From: Candidatus Omnitrophota bacterium
GTDB taxonomy: Bacteria > Omnitrophota > Gorgyraeia > JAZDFF01
Assembly (NCBI GenBank): GCA_043808095.1
Contig: JAZDFF010000011.1
Span: 48,030 to 112,029 of the forward strand
Length of the DNA: 64,000 nt
Direction of reading: 5' to 3'
The first letter of the stretch is position 1. Each line of letters starts with the position of its first letter. Of the stretch, positions 38,850 through 48,375 are shown piece by piece. The notes beneath the pieces were generated by a model. The model ran no database searches and had not been told where the DNA came from. It saw only the letters and a list, made by a program, of their open reading frames with translations. A program made the translations under genes and the position numbers.

Positions 38850-39818
38850 CTATTTTAATATAAAGTTAAACAGATATCCGGTAAAGACAATCCCTGTCCC
38901 GACAATCCCGGCAAATAGAACCAATAATTTTACCTTCATTACTTTCTTTAAAATCATAAATTCAGGTAAAGATAGCCCGGTAACAGCCATCATAAATGTC
39001 AGGGTCGTACCCATGCTTACGCCCTTCTCAGTCAAAACGCTTACCAAGGGAATAATGCCTGCGGCATTAGAATATAGCGGAATTCCGATAAGCGTAGCTA
39101 CGGGCACTGCATACCACCTCGTGCCCCCTGCATATCTTGCCAGAAAATCGCTCGGGACATATCCGTGCATCCAGGCGCCCAGGCCTATACCCACAATAAC
39201 ATAAGGCCATACTCCCTTGATTATACAAAGGGTGTATTCCCGGGCTAATCTTATCCTGTCTTTGGACGATAACTTAAGGCCGGCTATAAAAGAATCGGCT
39301 GAAGGCTTAAAGGCGATTTTCTCAATAAGTTTTTCTACCCTCAGTTGCCCGATAATTATGCCCGCAACAATGGCAATAATAAGCCCGCTTACAGCATATA
39401 TTAGCGCTATCTTTAAACCAAACATACCTAATAGCATGACCAGGGCAACCTCGTTTATCATAGGCGAAGAAACCAGGAAAGAAAAAGTAACGCCCAAAGG
39501 GATTCCTGCTTCGAGAAATCCCAGAAAAAGAGGAATAGCGCTACAGGTGCAAAAAGGCGTGATAATCCCGAAAACTGCTGCCAGGATATTTCCCATATAC
39601 TTATTTTTACGGAAGAGTATCTTTCTTATCTTCTCAGGTGGCAGAAATGAGCGGATTATGGATACGGAAAAGATTATTACCGCAAGCAGGAAAAATATCT
39701 TTATTGTGTCATAGATAAAGAAGTTTACTGCCTCAGCGAGCAGCGTCTCAGGCGGGATTGCAAAGATTTTATAGGTTAGCCAATCGGCAAAAATTTTTAC
39801 CGGGTGAAAGATATCCAT
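38850..39818 (-). CDS. COG0701/DUF318 predicted permease
   Basis: Multi-TM protein paralogous to 16831-17997 and 46830-48002. The ORF track starts at a TTG at 39854, but the ATG at 39818 is more plausible. Confidence 0.6.
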   Translation of the reverse strand: MDIFHPVKIFADWLTYKIFAIPPETLLAEAVNFFIYDTIKIFFLLAVIIFSVSIIRSFLPPEKIRKILFRKNKYMGNILAAVFGIITPFCTCSAIPLFLGFLEAGIPLGVTFSFLVSSPMINEVALVMLLGMFGLKIALIYAVSGLIIAIVAGIIIGQLRVEKLIEKIAFKPSADSFIAGLKLSSKDRIRLAREYTLCIIKGVWPYVIVGIGLGAWMHGYVPSDFLARYAGGTRWYAVPVATLIGIPLYSNAAGIIPLVSVLTEKGVSMGTTLTFMMAVTGLSLPEFMILKKVMKVKLLVLFAGIVGTGIVFTGYLFNFILK

Positions 39819-39822
39819 ATTT

Positions 39823-39885
39823 TCTATGATACTCCAAACAAAAACCAAATTCAAGCCAGGAAAATATAGGAGTGAATTTATCCTG
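39823..39885. repeat. direct repeat, left copy, flanking the ICMT cassette
   Basis: tatgatactccaaacaaaaaccaaattcaagccaggaaaatataggagtgaattta is ~80-85% identical to 40768-40830. Confidence 0.65.
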
Positions 39886-39990
39886 AGCCCTTCGGCAAGC
39901 TCAGGGTAAACTGAGTCGAGGTATTTCGCAACTGGCTATGCTCGAAAGAGGCTGAAAAACTATACAAAGAAATACTTAATATCTAATGAA
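39886..39990. repeat. MITE-family fragment (CCTGAGCCCTTCGGCAAGCTCAGGGTAAACTGAGTCGAGG)
   Basis: Its reverse complement occurs at 43172-43215. Confidence 0.65.
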
Positions 39991-39991
39991 G

Positions 39992-40738
39992 TCATCTACC
40001 GGGAACATTTAGCAGCTTTGTTTTCTTCTTTAATATAAAACATGTCAGGTATATGATTAAACCAACTATGAAAAAATATATCCAAGACCTGTGAACTTCA
40101 AATTTGCCATAAAGCAAAAAGTTAGTGCTTACTTCTAAGAAAAAGAAAACAGCTACGATTGAAAAAAAAGTAGAAAATTCTCTTCTGATTACTGTTTTTG
40201 AGGAAAAGGGTAAGTCCGGCTTCTTCCAGTTACTAAAATTGGGAATAAGGACAGGGGTTTTATTTGCCCATTCAATAAACAAAACCCCAAATTTCTTTCT
40301 TAAGAACTCCTCCTCGGAAAAGATTATCCTTTCATAATACAGCCAAAATCCAACCCATACCACTAAAGCGAACCACCATACCTGAATAAACAATGTAATT
40401 CCAAAAACTATAATAAAATTACCCAGATAAATAGGATTTCTTGTGATGGAATACATTCCAGTCGTATTTAAACTTTCCGCTAATTGGGATTTTGTGTTTC
40501 TGCCTGATGTCCCCCTTGGGACATACCCAACTGTAAGACAACGGATACCTAATCCTAAAAACGATATAAAAATCGATAAAGTTTCCCAGCAATCTGCAGC
40601 CCTGTCTCCAAAAATATACTCAAGCACTCTAGCATGCCGCAAGGCAACAATAAATATCGGAATTACCAATAAGGGTAGGTAACTCCTCCATCTGAATAAC
40701 CAATTTCCCTGTTTTTCTATATCTTCTCTTAAGGCCAT
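39992..40738 (-). CDS. isoprenylcysteine carboxyl methyltransferase / phospholipid methyltransferase-family membrane protein
   Basis: 248 aa with 5-6 TM helices and the C-terminal motif ITRNPIYLGNF...E. Confidence 0.6.
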   Translation of the reverse strand: MALREDIEKQGNWLFRWRSYLPLLVIPIFIVALRHARVLEYIFGDRAADCWETLSIFISFLGLGIRCLTVGYVPRGTSGRNTKSQLAESLNTTGMYSITRNPIYLGNFIIVFGITLFIQVWWFALVVWVGFWLYYERIIFSEEEFLRKKFGVLFIEWANKTPVLIPNFSNWKKPDLPFSSKTVIRREFSTFFSIVAVFFFLEVSTNFLLYGKFEVHRSWIYFFIVGLIIYLTCFILKKKTKLLNVPGR

Positions 40739-40767
40739 TCTTATCCTATTCTAAATTATGAGTTAAG

Positions 40768-40830
40768 TTTATTATATCCCAGGCAAAAACTAAATTCAAG
40801 CCCGGAAAATATTAGGTGTGAATTCATTAG
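40768..40830. repeat. direct repeat, right copy
   Basis: tatatcccaggcaaaaactaaattcaagcccggaaaatattaggtgtgaattcatt. On the minus strand it continues into a relic of the permease N-terminus, LNLVFAWDII. Confidence 0.65.
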
Positions 40831-40855
40831 GTAGGCGTCTGCGCAATGCCAAAAA

Positions 40856-41344
40856 TCAGCGCGCTGCGGGGTCTTTTATCCTGCGGATAAACTCTAATAC
40901 CAGCCAGAGATTATTCTCTTCCTCAGAAAGGCTGCCTGCCTGCTTCTTCTCTAAGATTTCTTTCTGCCTTTCGGGTGAAAGTTCCCTTCTAATAAACTCC
41001 TCTAACATAGCGACAATTGCTTTTTCTTCTTTGCCTTCGAAAGAAAGCGTCTCAGCACCGGATGCCTCAGGATGAACCGCCCCGACATAAACCTGATGTT
41101 TTTTAACGGACAACCTGGCGTCAAGGCAAAACTGGAATGTATTTTCTTCTCTATCTTTTATCACGATACCAATGGTGCCGCCGTCGCGATAATATAAGGC
41201 CTGTTCAAGTTTAAGAGGCCAATGCAAAACAACTGTCCTGCCTGAAAGTGGGATTTCTACTGTTTCCTCCTCCCCGGCCTGGCCTGTGCCTGTAAAGATT
41301 ACCACCGCCAAGATAATCGCAAAGAATATGGCTATTTTCTTCAT
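40856..41344 (-). CDS. secreted hypothetical protein
   Basis: 162 aa with a signal peptide, MKKIAIFFAIILAVVIFTGTGQA. Confidence 0.4.
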   Translation of the reverse strand: MKKIAIFFAIILAVVIFTGTGQAGEEETVEIPLSGRTVVLHWPLKLEQALYYRDGGTIGIVIKDREENTFQFCLDARLSVKKHQVYVGAVHPEASGAETLSFEGKEEKAIVAMLEEFIRRELSPERQKEILEKKQAGSLSEEENNLWLVLEFIRRIKDPAAR

Positions 41345-41518
41345 ATATTTATTCTAAAAACCCTCTGCAATATATTCTATTACAGGGGGTTAAGAAGTAA
41401 GGATCCGCTTTGGGACGCAACTGGAGCATGTCGGAGGAAGCGGAGAAATTATACCAGGAACTCATCCCGGTTATTTAAACTACTCCTTTGGTCCGGGACG
41501 GGATACTTATTTCCGTAA

Positions 41519-41971
41519 CTAGGCCTTTTTTTTCGCAATAGCACGAACAATATCTTTCTTCGTAATCACGCCCACTAACCTATCTTTGTCTACCACGGGT
41601 AAATAATAAATCTCCCTTTCAATCATTAAAGTAGCGGCATCCTCTATTTCTACGTCAGGATAGACAGTAACTGTATCTTTTTCCATGATGCTGGATACCT
41701 TGTCTGCCGTAATCTTTTTAATTTCTTCATTGTATCTGTCGGTTCCCAGGGTAAGAAACCCGAAAGTAAGATTGATAAAGGTCGGTAGATGCACTCTTTT
41801 ATCCTGAAAAATCACGCCTTCTTCCTTCACAACTCCCAATAATTTTCCGCTCTTATCTACTACCGGAGCGCCGCTTATGTTTTTCTCCATAAATAATTCT
41901 GCCAATTTGTGAATGCTCATTTCAGGGTCAACCGTAATCACGTTCCTTGTCATTATATCTTTTATCAACAT
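41519..41971 (-). CDS. CBS-pair domain protein
   Basis: 150 aa with two CBS motifs. Confidence 0.8.
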   Translation of the reverse strand: MLIKDIMTRNVITVDPEMSIHKLAELFMEKNISGAPVVDKSGKLLGVVKEEGVIFQDKRVHLPTFINLTFGFLTLGTDRYNEEIKKITADKVSSIMEKDTVTVYPDVEIEDAATLMIEREIYYLPVVDKDRLVGVITKKDIVRAIAKKKA

Positions 41972-42130
41972 AGGCCCTCCTTGTTAATTATCTAATTATA
42001 TCACTTCGATTTAAAAATAGTAAGATAAAAAAACCCTCTGTAGTATAAATTGTCACAGAGGGTAAAAAAGACAAAATTAGGTATGTGTCCCCAGAATTGG
42101 AGAAATTGATTTATATTCCTTTTTAGGTGT

Positions 42131-42535
42131 TCAGTCTTTCTTTATATCCGCTTTTTTAAAAACGTTCTTTACAAAATCCAAATATTCACGGCTATCCTTT
42201 TCACCCACAAAGAATCCGCCGTCATAAAGATTAAAATTGCGTTCCTGTCTCATCTTGTTGCCAAGCACGATGATATCTTCATCTTTCAGTATATAGCTCA
42301 GTTTCTCCATGATCTTAACATGGTGGCCGGTTGTACTTCTTATTTTATGCCCCTTCTTGGCAATTAAAACTATGCCTAATTTTATGAGGGCATCGTAACT
42401 GAATTTGAAAATAACATCCGGAATATCCGATGACTCGGCTATTTGGAGATCATGCAAAGCAGATTTTGAGAATTGCGCAATTTGCTCTTGTTTAAATGGC
42501 AGTTTTTGAAAGTATTGCCTTTCAAAATTAATCAT
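42131..42535 (-). CDS. HEPN-domain protein (toxin of a HEPN/MNT pair)
   Basis: 134 aa. An Rx4HH motif (IRSTTGHH) sits in a helical domain. Confidence 0.55.
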   Translation of the reverse strand: MINFERQYFQKLPFKQEQIAQFSKSALHDLQIAESSDIPDVIFKFSYDALIKLGIVLIAKKGHKIRSTTGHHVKIMEKLSYILKDEDIIVLGNKMRQERNFNLYDGGFFVGEKDSREYLDFVKNVFKKADIKKD

Positions 42536-43110
42536 GGGAGCCTTATAGTCTTGGTTTTAAAGATACGGCTTATAAAAGGGTCTTTAGCCTTTTTCTTTGC
42601 GGAAAAATCTTGCGGGCTTAAATTCGTTATATTGAATTCTCTGCCTGTATCCTTCTGCAATTCAGCGATAAGCCTCTGTAAACCCAGAACAGAGTGCGAA
42701 CCAATAGCCAGAATGTCAATATCGCTTGATGAATCCATTTTATTGGTTGCGTATGAGCCGAATATATATGCCTCTTTAATCCCCTTGATATTCCCAAATA
42801 TATCTTTAAGCCTTTTCTCTATGCCGTATGTCTTAAGGAAAATCTGGCGGTAATGCTCTAAAATCGGGTTATCCTTGGCAAGAAAGAAATACCTTTCTTT
42901 CCCGCGGAATTCGCTCTTTAAAAGACCGTTTTTTTCGAATTCCTTAAGCTTGGCCTCGGTGTTTTTGGGATCTAACTCTAAAATCCTTGCCAGTTCGTTA
43001 ATGTATGCTTGAGCATCCGAATTAAGAAAAAAGTAATCCAGCAGTTTTATGGCCACCTTTGAACGTAGGGATATCATCTTTTCACCATGTTTATGGTAAT
43101 ATGTTACCAT
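42532..43110 (-). CDS. minimal nucleotidyltransferase (MNT) with an N-terminal wHTH; antitoxin partner
   Basis: GSYATN...DSSSDIDIL is a GS...DxD nucleotidyltransferase motif. The gene ends in ATGA, overlapping the HEPN gene. Confidence 0.6.
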   Translation of the reverse strand: MVTYYHKHGEKMISLRSKVAIKLLDYFFLNSDAQAYINELARILELDPKNTEAKLKEFEKNGLLKSEFRGKERYFFLAKDNPILEHYRQIFLKTYGIEKRLKDIFGNIKGIKEAYIFGSYATNKMDSSSDIDILAIGSHSVLGLQRLIAELQKDTGREFNITNLSPQDFSAKKKAKDPFISRIFKTKTIRLP

Positions 43111-43139
43111 AATCGATTATTTTGTCAAGAAGATATTTT

Positions 43140-43430
43140 GGGGGTGGGCAGGCGCAACAAAGTATCCTTCGACTCAGTTTACCCTGAGCTTGCCGAAGGG
43201 CTCAGGGTGGATTCTCCGCGCCCAAATGGTTAGTCTATCGAACCATAAATGACAACGCCCTTCGCTATCCAAGGCTTACTTTACCACATAATAAAATGGT
43301 GAGCAAGCCCTGAACGAAATGAAGGGCGCGTCGAACCACTCCCCTTCGTGGACGACCTTCGCAACACTTCGACAAGCTCAGTGCAAGCTTTTTTGGAGGA
43401 ATTTAAGAGCTATTGTTTAAGTCAGGAAGC
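43140..43430. repeat. MITE-family repeat block (GTCGAAGG / CCCTGAGC...GCTCAGGG hairpins)
   Basis: tccttcgactcagtttaccctgagcttgccgaagggctcaggg ... ggtgagcaagccctgaacgaaatgaagggcgcgtcgaacc. Confidence 0.65.
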
Positions 43431-43437
43431 AGAGAGA

Positions 43438-44517
43438 TTACTTGAAGAAATGTCTGGTTCTCAAGCATACTCTCACTAACATTAACATAACTGGCACTTC
43501 AATCAGCACTCCAACAACAGTTGCAAGAGATGCCCCAGAAGATAACCCAAAAAGCATCGCTGATGTGGCAATGGCAACTTCAAAGTGATTACTCGCCCCT
43601 ATCAATGCCGAAGGAGCTGCATCCACGTATGGTAATTTTAACCATTTTGCTAATCCGTATGTTAAGGCAAAAATTAAACAAGTCTGAATAAAAAGTGGTA
43701 TTGCTATTAAAAATATCACCTGAGGTTGTTTTATAATCAATCCCCCCTTAAACGAAAATAAAAGGATAAGCGTAACAAGTAACGCCCCTATAGAGACTGG
43801 CGTTAAATAATGAAGAAATTTTTCTTCAAACCACTTCAACCCTTTTTTGGCAATTATATATTTTCTAGAATGATACCCTAAGAAAAGCGGCAAACCCACA
43901 TAGATAATGACTGATAATACTATTGTCTGCCAGGGAATAGGCATTTTGTTCACCCCTAAAAGCCACCCTCCTAAAGGCGCATAAAGAAATAACATTGTAA
44001 GTGAGTTTATCGCTACCATAACAAGAGTATGCCCATCGTTACCTCTTGCTAAATGACCCCAAACAAGAACCATAGCTGTGCAAGGAGCAATCCCGAGCAA
44101 TATACAGCCAGCAATATAAGAACGGAAAAGCTCAACCTGAGCACCGCCCTTAATGATCTCAACGCCAGGAAGCCAACCCTTAAAGACAAAGCCAAGAAAA
44201 AAAGTGGCAATAGCGAGCATGGTAAAAGGCTTGATACACCAGTTTACAAACAAAGTAAGCAATACTGGCTTAGGCGTCTTTCCCGCTTTAACAACCTCGG
44301 CAAAATCAATCTTCACCATAATCGGATACATCATAAAGAATAGACATATCGCAATGGGAATGGATACTTGATATATCGAAAATTGATCAAGCGTAACAGC
44401 CATCTGAGGAAATAGCTTACCAAGAATTATGCCAAGTCCGATGCAAAGGACTACCCATCCGGTGAGATATTTTTCAAAAAAACCTAATTTTCGTTCTTCG
44501 TAGATAACTCGCTCCAT
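43438..44517 (-). CDS. acr3: arsenite efflux permease, ACR3 family
   Basis: 359 aa with a BASS/ACR3 fold. The ACR3-typical proline-rich TM pattern is present. Confidence 0.8.
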   Translation of the reverse strand: MERVIYEERKLGFFEKYLTGWVVLCIGLGIILGKLFPQMAVTLDQFSIYQVSIPIAICLFFMMYPIMVKIDFAEVVKAGKTPKPVLLTLFVNWCIKPFTMLAIATFFLGFVFKGWLPGVEIIKGGAQVELFRSYIAGCILLGIAPCTAMVLVWGHLARGNDGHTLVMVAINSLTMLFLYAPLGGWLLGVNKMPIPWQTIVLSVIIYVGLPLFLGYHSRKYIIAKKGLKWFEEKFLHYLTPVSIGALLVTLILLFSFKGGLIIKQPQVIFLIAIPLFIQTCLIFALTYGLAKWLKLPYVDAAPSALIGASNHFEVAIATSAMLFGLSSGASLATVVGVLIEVPVMLMLVRVCLRTRHFFK

Positions 44518-44529
44518 AGATTTTTCCTT

Positions 44530-45225
44530 CTACATAAAATTGGTAATGATATAACCCCAGATAAAATAAATTCCGACAAGTATAAAGATAATACCAGTAA
44601 TCTTTCTCGTACATAATTCAAGCGCCGCTACTTTACGGAACCATTTTGAAAAGGACGTTACGCCTATTGTAATACCCAATGCAAATACCACTACAGGAAT
44701 ACCTGTGCCTATACCGTAAAAGAAAGGCAAAATAATTCCATAACTGCTTTTTAACGCGAGAGGAATTAAGCTGCCAAAAAATAATGCCGCAGCGATTGGA
44801 CAGAAAGATAGGGCAAATATTGCTCCGAGCGTAAAAGAACCTTTTATTCCTGATTCGACTAATGCAGTTTGCTTCTGTTGCGAAACTGAGAAAATCGGAA
44901 TGTCCATCTTTATTATATCTAATAGAAACAACCCAACTATCAGTAAAACAGGGCCTAATATTTTGTTGATATATTTCTGCAAGAAATTGGCTGTTGCGGG
45001 AACGCTTGCTAATGAAGTTATGATAACTACCCCTAATACAGCATAAGTAAGCATACGTCCAACGGTATAAGCAATGCTAGATTGCAACACGAGCCTGGGG
45101 TGGCTTATTTTTTTTGATAAGAACGATATAGCTGCTATATTTGTAGCAAGAGGACACGGGCTTATAGAAGTAAGAATACCGAACCATAATGCAAAGACAA
45201 AAGGTAGTATAATCTGAATCATCAC
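44530..45225 (-). CDS. CcdA/DsbD-type transmembrane thiol-disulfide transporter
   Basis: 231 aa. Two TM cysteines are present (SPCPL and SFCPIAA). Confidence 0.7.
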   Translation of the reverse strand: MMIQIILPFVFALWFGILTSISPCPLATNIAAISFLSKKISHPRLVLQSSIAYTVGRMLTYAVLGVVIITSLASVPATANFLQKYINKILGPVLLIVGLFLLDIIKMDIPIFSVSQQKQTALVESGIKGSFTLGAIFALSFCPIAAALFFGSLIPLALKSSYGIILPFFYGIGTGIPVVVFALGITIGVTSFSKWFRKVAALELCTRKITGIIFILVGIYFIWGYIITNFM

Positions 45226-45641
45226 TGATTATCCTTTAAGTAATTATTGATTTCGGTTGTCACGTAGTTAAAGAATTTCCTTTTATCTCTCACATATTCC
45301 CATATCTTCGTAAGATTCTTATGCCGTATTTCTTTACCATTTTCTACGCGTGAGATTATAAGTGATTTCGTATAAAGTTGGTAATCATTCACGAAGTGCT
45401 CATTGCCTTTTTCTTCAACGTTTACTGTCTTAACGACAAGTAAGCCGTTAGCCAATTCATTCTTAAAATTCTCCTCAATTGCCTCCTTTGTATACTGTTC
45501 CATCTTATGACAAGTTGGACAACGGACATTACCGTGAAAATAATAAGCAATTATCTTAGCATCAGCACTAAACGCCAATGTTGCGCCTATTGCTAACACT
45601 ACCGTTAAAATGATTGGTGCGAGAAAACGCTTTATAACCAT
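45222..45641 (-). CDS. periplasmic thioredoxin-like CxxC protein
   Basis: A signal peptide precedes an RCPTCH motif. It overlaps ccdA. Confidence 0.5.
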   Translation of the reverse strand: MVIKRFLAPIILTVVLAIGATLAFSADAKIIAYYFHGNVRCPTCHKMEQYTKEAIEENFKNELANGLLVVKTVNVEEKGNEHFVNDYQLYTKSLIISRVENGKEIRHKNLTKIWEYVRDKRKFFNYVTTEINNYLKDNQ

Positions 45642-45859
45642 TTTCTAATCTCCTCTGCTGATAAAGTTTTTCCTGATGATTTGACTTTACCGTCTATAAC
45701 AAGAGCGGGCGTCATCATAACTCCGTATTCTATAATTTTATCCATATCCTCAACTTTAATAACCTCTGCCTGAACACCTTTTTCTTCAACCGCTTTCTTT
45801 GCGTTTTCATAAAGCATTTTACATTTAGGACAACCCATCCCGAGAATTTCGATTTTCAT
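45632..45859 (-). CDS. redox-active disulfide protein 2 (small thioredoxin-family protein)
   Basis: 75 aa, MKIEILGMGCPKCK..., with a CPKC active site. Confidence 0.75.
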   Translation of the reverse strand: MKIEILGMGCPKCKMLYENAKKAVEEKGVQAEVIKVEDMDKIIEYGVMMTPALVIDGKVKSSGKTLSAEEIRKWL

Positions 45860-45874
45860 TTTGCCTCCGTTATT

Positions 45875-46657
45875 TTATCTTTTTACGGCAGAAACTTTTA
45901 TGCTTGCTACTGCATCTTGAGCACCCTCAAGATTATCAAACATGGCATCCACCGGATAACTCGATTCGCTGATCACTTTAACATCCTTAAAACCAGCCAT
46001 TGCTATGAATTTTAGATATTCGTCTTTTTTAATCGCGCCGGCAAGGCAACCCACATATGCCTCAACCGATTCTTTGATAGCATCCGATAATTCCTTAACC
46101 AACACCAGATCCGAAACCATCAACCTGCCACCGGGCTTCAATACCCTAAAAGCTTCCTTAAATACCTTATTTTTATCCGGAGAGAGGTTAATAACGCAGT
46201 TTGATATGATCACATCGACCGAGCTATTATCAACCGGCAACTTTTCGATTTCGCCAAGCCTGAATTCTACATTCGTATAGCTGTCTTTTTTGGCATTCGC
46301 TTGTGCTTTTTCAATCATCTCCGGCGTCATATCAACGCCAATGACACGGCCGGCTTTCCCAACTTTAGGAGAAGCCAGAAATACATCAAACCCTGCACCG
46401 CTGCCCAAATCAAGCACCACATCGCCTTCTTTTAAGGATGCGAGTGCTACCGGATTGCCACAACCAAACCCCAGATTCGCGCCTTCAGGAACAGCATTCA
46501 TTTCCACATCGCTATATCCTACCGTCTTACTTATAGTTTTAGCTTGGCTTGTGCCGCTACAACAAGAACTTGAAGAACAACATGAAGTAGTCTGCTTCAC
46601 TGCTTTTGCGTAACCTTCCCTGACAATTTTCTTGATTTCATCTGCTTTTCCTTTCAT
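45875..46657 (-). CDS. arsM: arsenite S-adenosylmethionine methyltransferase
   Basis: SAM-MTase (VLDLGSGAG) with conserved Cys residues in FGCGNP and SNCVINL, plus a Cys-rich N-terminus. Confidence 0.8.
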   Translation of the reverse strand: MKGKADEIKKIVREGYAKAVKQTTSCCSSSSCCSGTSQAKTISKTVGYSDVEMNAVPEGANLGFGCGNPVALASLKEGDVVLDLGSGAGFDVFLASPKVGKAGRVIGVDMTPEMIEKAQANAKKDSYTNVEFRLGEIEKLPVDNSSVDVIISNCVINLSPDKNKVFKEAFRVLKPGGRLMVSDLVLVKELSDAIKESVEAYVGCLAGAIKKDEYLKFIAMAGFKDVKVISESSYPVDAMFDNLEGAQDAVASIKVSAVKR

Positions 46658-46658
46658 C

Positions 46659-46823
46659 CTATATCCTTTCCCGCTTCATCTTTGAGGCGTTTTCCCTGTT
46701 GATTTGTTTCTTTATCACTTCCTTAACGAAATCCAACGCCCCGTCTTTATCATGATCGATCACAATTTTCTCTACTTTGAGCAAATCATCATCCGTAAGA
46801 TTAATAATCTTTTTATTCGTCAT
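46659..46823 (-). CDS. 54-aa hypothetical protein (below the ORF-track cut-off)
   Basis: MTNKKIINLTDDDLLKVEKIVIDHDKDGALDFVKEVIKKQINRENASKMKRERI*. It is tightly packed between the permease and arsM. Confidence 0.4.
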   Translation of the reverse strand: MTNKKIINLTDDDLLKVEKIVIDHDKDGALDFVKEVIKKQINRENASKMKRERI

Positions 46824-46829
46824 TCGTCC

Positions 46830-48002
46830 CTACTTTACGATAAATCCAAAAATCATTCCGCATATAGTTGCCATAACAACAACAAGACCAGCATATACGA
46901 TTGTTTTCTTGGTACCAATAATACCTCGTATAACCAACATGCTGGGTAAACTTAAAGCGGGCCCGGCCAAAAGAAGCGCCAAAGCAGGCCCCTTGCCCAT
47001 ACTTGAGCCGATCAAACCCTGTAAAATTGGCACTTCGGTAAGTGTAGCAAAATACATAAAAGCGGCAACTATCGAAGAAAAGAAATTTGCGCGCAGGGAA
47101 TTACCGCCCACTAGCATTTCAACAAAACTTGAAGGAATAACTCCCTCATGCCCAACTCTACCCAGTAAAAATCCCGAAATGAGCACCCCTCCCAGCAAGA
47201 GAGGAAGAATTTGCAAAGCGAAACCCCATGTTGCAGATGTCCATTCCTTTAATTCTTCTTTCTTGAACCATTTGAAAATCATAAGGGCGAGGCTAAAAAG
47301 AGAAAAACCGGCAATCCACCATTTATATTGGTAAATTAATGACCATATTCCCTGATCGCCCTCAAGAGATTTGCCCCAGTTGGCAAAAACGAGAAAAGCA
47401 ACCATAGAAGCAAAGTACAGAATTGTCTTGCCTAAAGAGCGATTTTCTTTTATCTCGCCTATGGCAAAATCGCCGTTTGCATGGCGCTGTCTTTCTTCTT
47501 TTAAGAATATCAAGTGCATTAATAAGCCGATAACGACGCTAAATAGAACTGCACCTATGGCCCTTGCTAATCCAAGTTGCCAACCAAGGATGCGGGCGGT
47601 AAGAATTATTGCAAGGACATTGATTGCCGGGCCTGAATATAAAAAAGCAATCGCTGGTCCTAAGCCAGCGCCCCTTTTATATATGCCAGCAAAAAGCGGT
47701 AAAACTGTACAAGAACATACTGCAAGGATTGCTCCTGAAACAGAGGCAACGCTGTAAGAAAGGAATTTGTTTGCCTTTACCCCGAAATATTTCATCACCG
47801 AGGCCTGGCTGACAAAAACAGAAATTGCGCCGGCTATAAAGAAAGCTGGCACAAGACACAAAAGCACATGTTCCCGGGCATACCACTTTACCAATGCCAA
47901 AGATTCAAAGATTGGGTTTCTAAAAGGCAAAAGTTCTACCGGCAGAAAGTAACATCCTAAGAATACAGCCAGTATTAAGAAAAACCTATTCTTCTCTTTC
48001 AT
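46830..48002 (-). CDS. COG0701/DUF318 predicted permease
   Basis: 390 aa, multi-TM. It overlaps the DUF134 gene by 4 nt. Confidence 0.65.
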   Translation of the reverse strand: MKEKNRFFLILAVFLGCYFLPVELLPFRNPIFESLALVKWYAREHVLLCLVPAFFIAGAISVFVSQASVMKYFGVKANKFLSYSVASVSGAILAVCSCTVLPLFAGIYKRGAGLGPAIAFLYSGPAINVLAIILTARILGWQLGLARAIGAVLFSVVIGLLMHLIFLKEERQRHANGDFAIGEIKENRSLGKTILYFASMVAFLVFANWGKSLEGDQGIWSLIYQYKWWIAGFSLFSLALMIFKWFKKEELKEWTSATWGFALQILPLLLGGVLISGFLLGRVGHEGVIPSSFVEMLVGGNSLRANFFSSIVAAFMYFATLTEVPILQGLIGSSMGKGPALALLLAGPALSLPSMLVIRGIIGTKKTIVYAGLVVVMATICGMIFGFIVK

Positions 48003-48304
48003 TTCTTTCCTCGCATAATAATCTTACAGCAACCGCCTTCGATTCTTATTGCCTTAACATTTACTAAAGCATCAGCTATTTTTTTATGAGCTGAATCAAC
48101 GATTCTCGAAATAGTAGAACGATGGACTTTCATTTTTTTAGCAATTTTTTCTTGGTCTAACCCTTCTAAATCGCTAAGTCTTATAGACTCAAACTCATCA
48201 ATGGTCAAAATAACCCCTTTTAATTTATTTAATGGTTTGCATTGTGGACGGAAACACCTTTCTCCTGGCTCACATTTAACCCATCTTATTTTTTTAGGTC
48301 TCAT
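47999..48304 (-). CDS. DUF134/UPF0251 predicted DNA-binding protein
   Basis: 101 aa. The pattern MRPKKIRWV...P...FRP...L..DE.E.IRL.D..GL matches DUF134. Confidence 0.6.
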   Translation of the reverse strand: MRPKKIRWVKCEPGERCFRPQCKPLNKLKGVILTIDEFESIRLSDLEGLDQEKIAKKMKVHRSTISRIVDSAHKKIADALVNVKAIRIEGGCCKIIMRGKK

Positions 48305-48326
48305 TTGATCCCCGCTTTTTTATTTC

Positions 48327-48375
48327 GCACATATGTGCATAATAAGTATACCACATGCTATCTTTTCTTGTCAAA
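48327..48375 (-). promoter_or_regulatory. promoter TTGACA-N18-TATACT with the palindromic operator GCACATATGTGC overlapping the transcript start
   Basis: The minus strand reads tTTGACAagaaaagatagcatgtggTATACTtattatGCACATATGTGCgaaat, then the DUF134 ATG. Confidence 0.4.
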
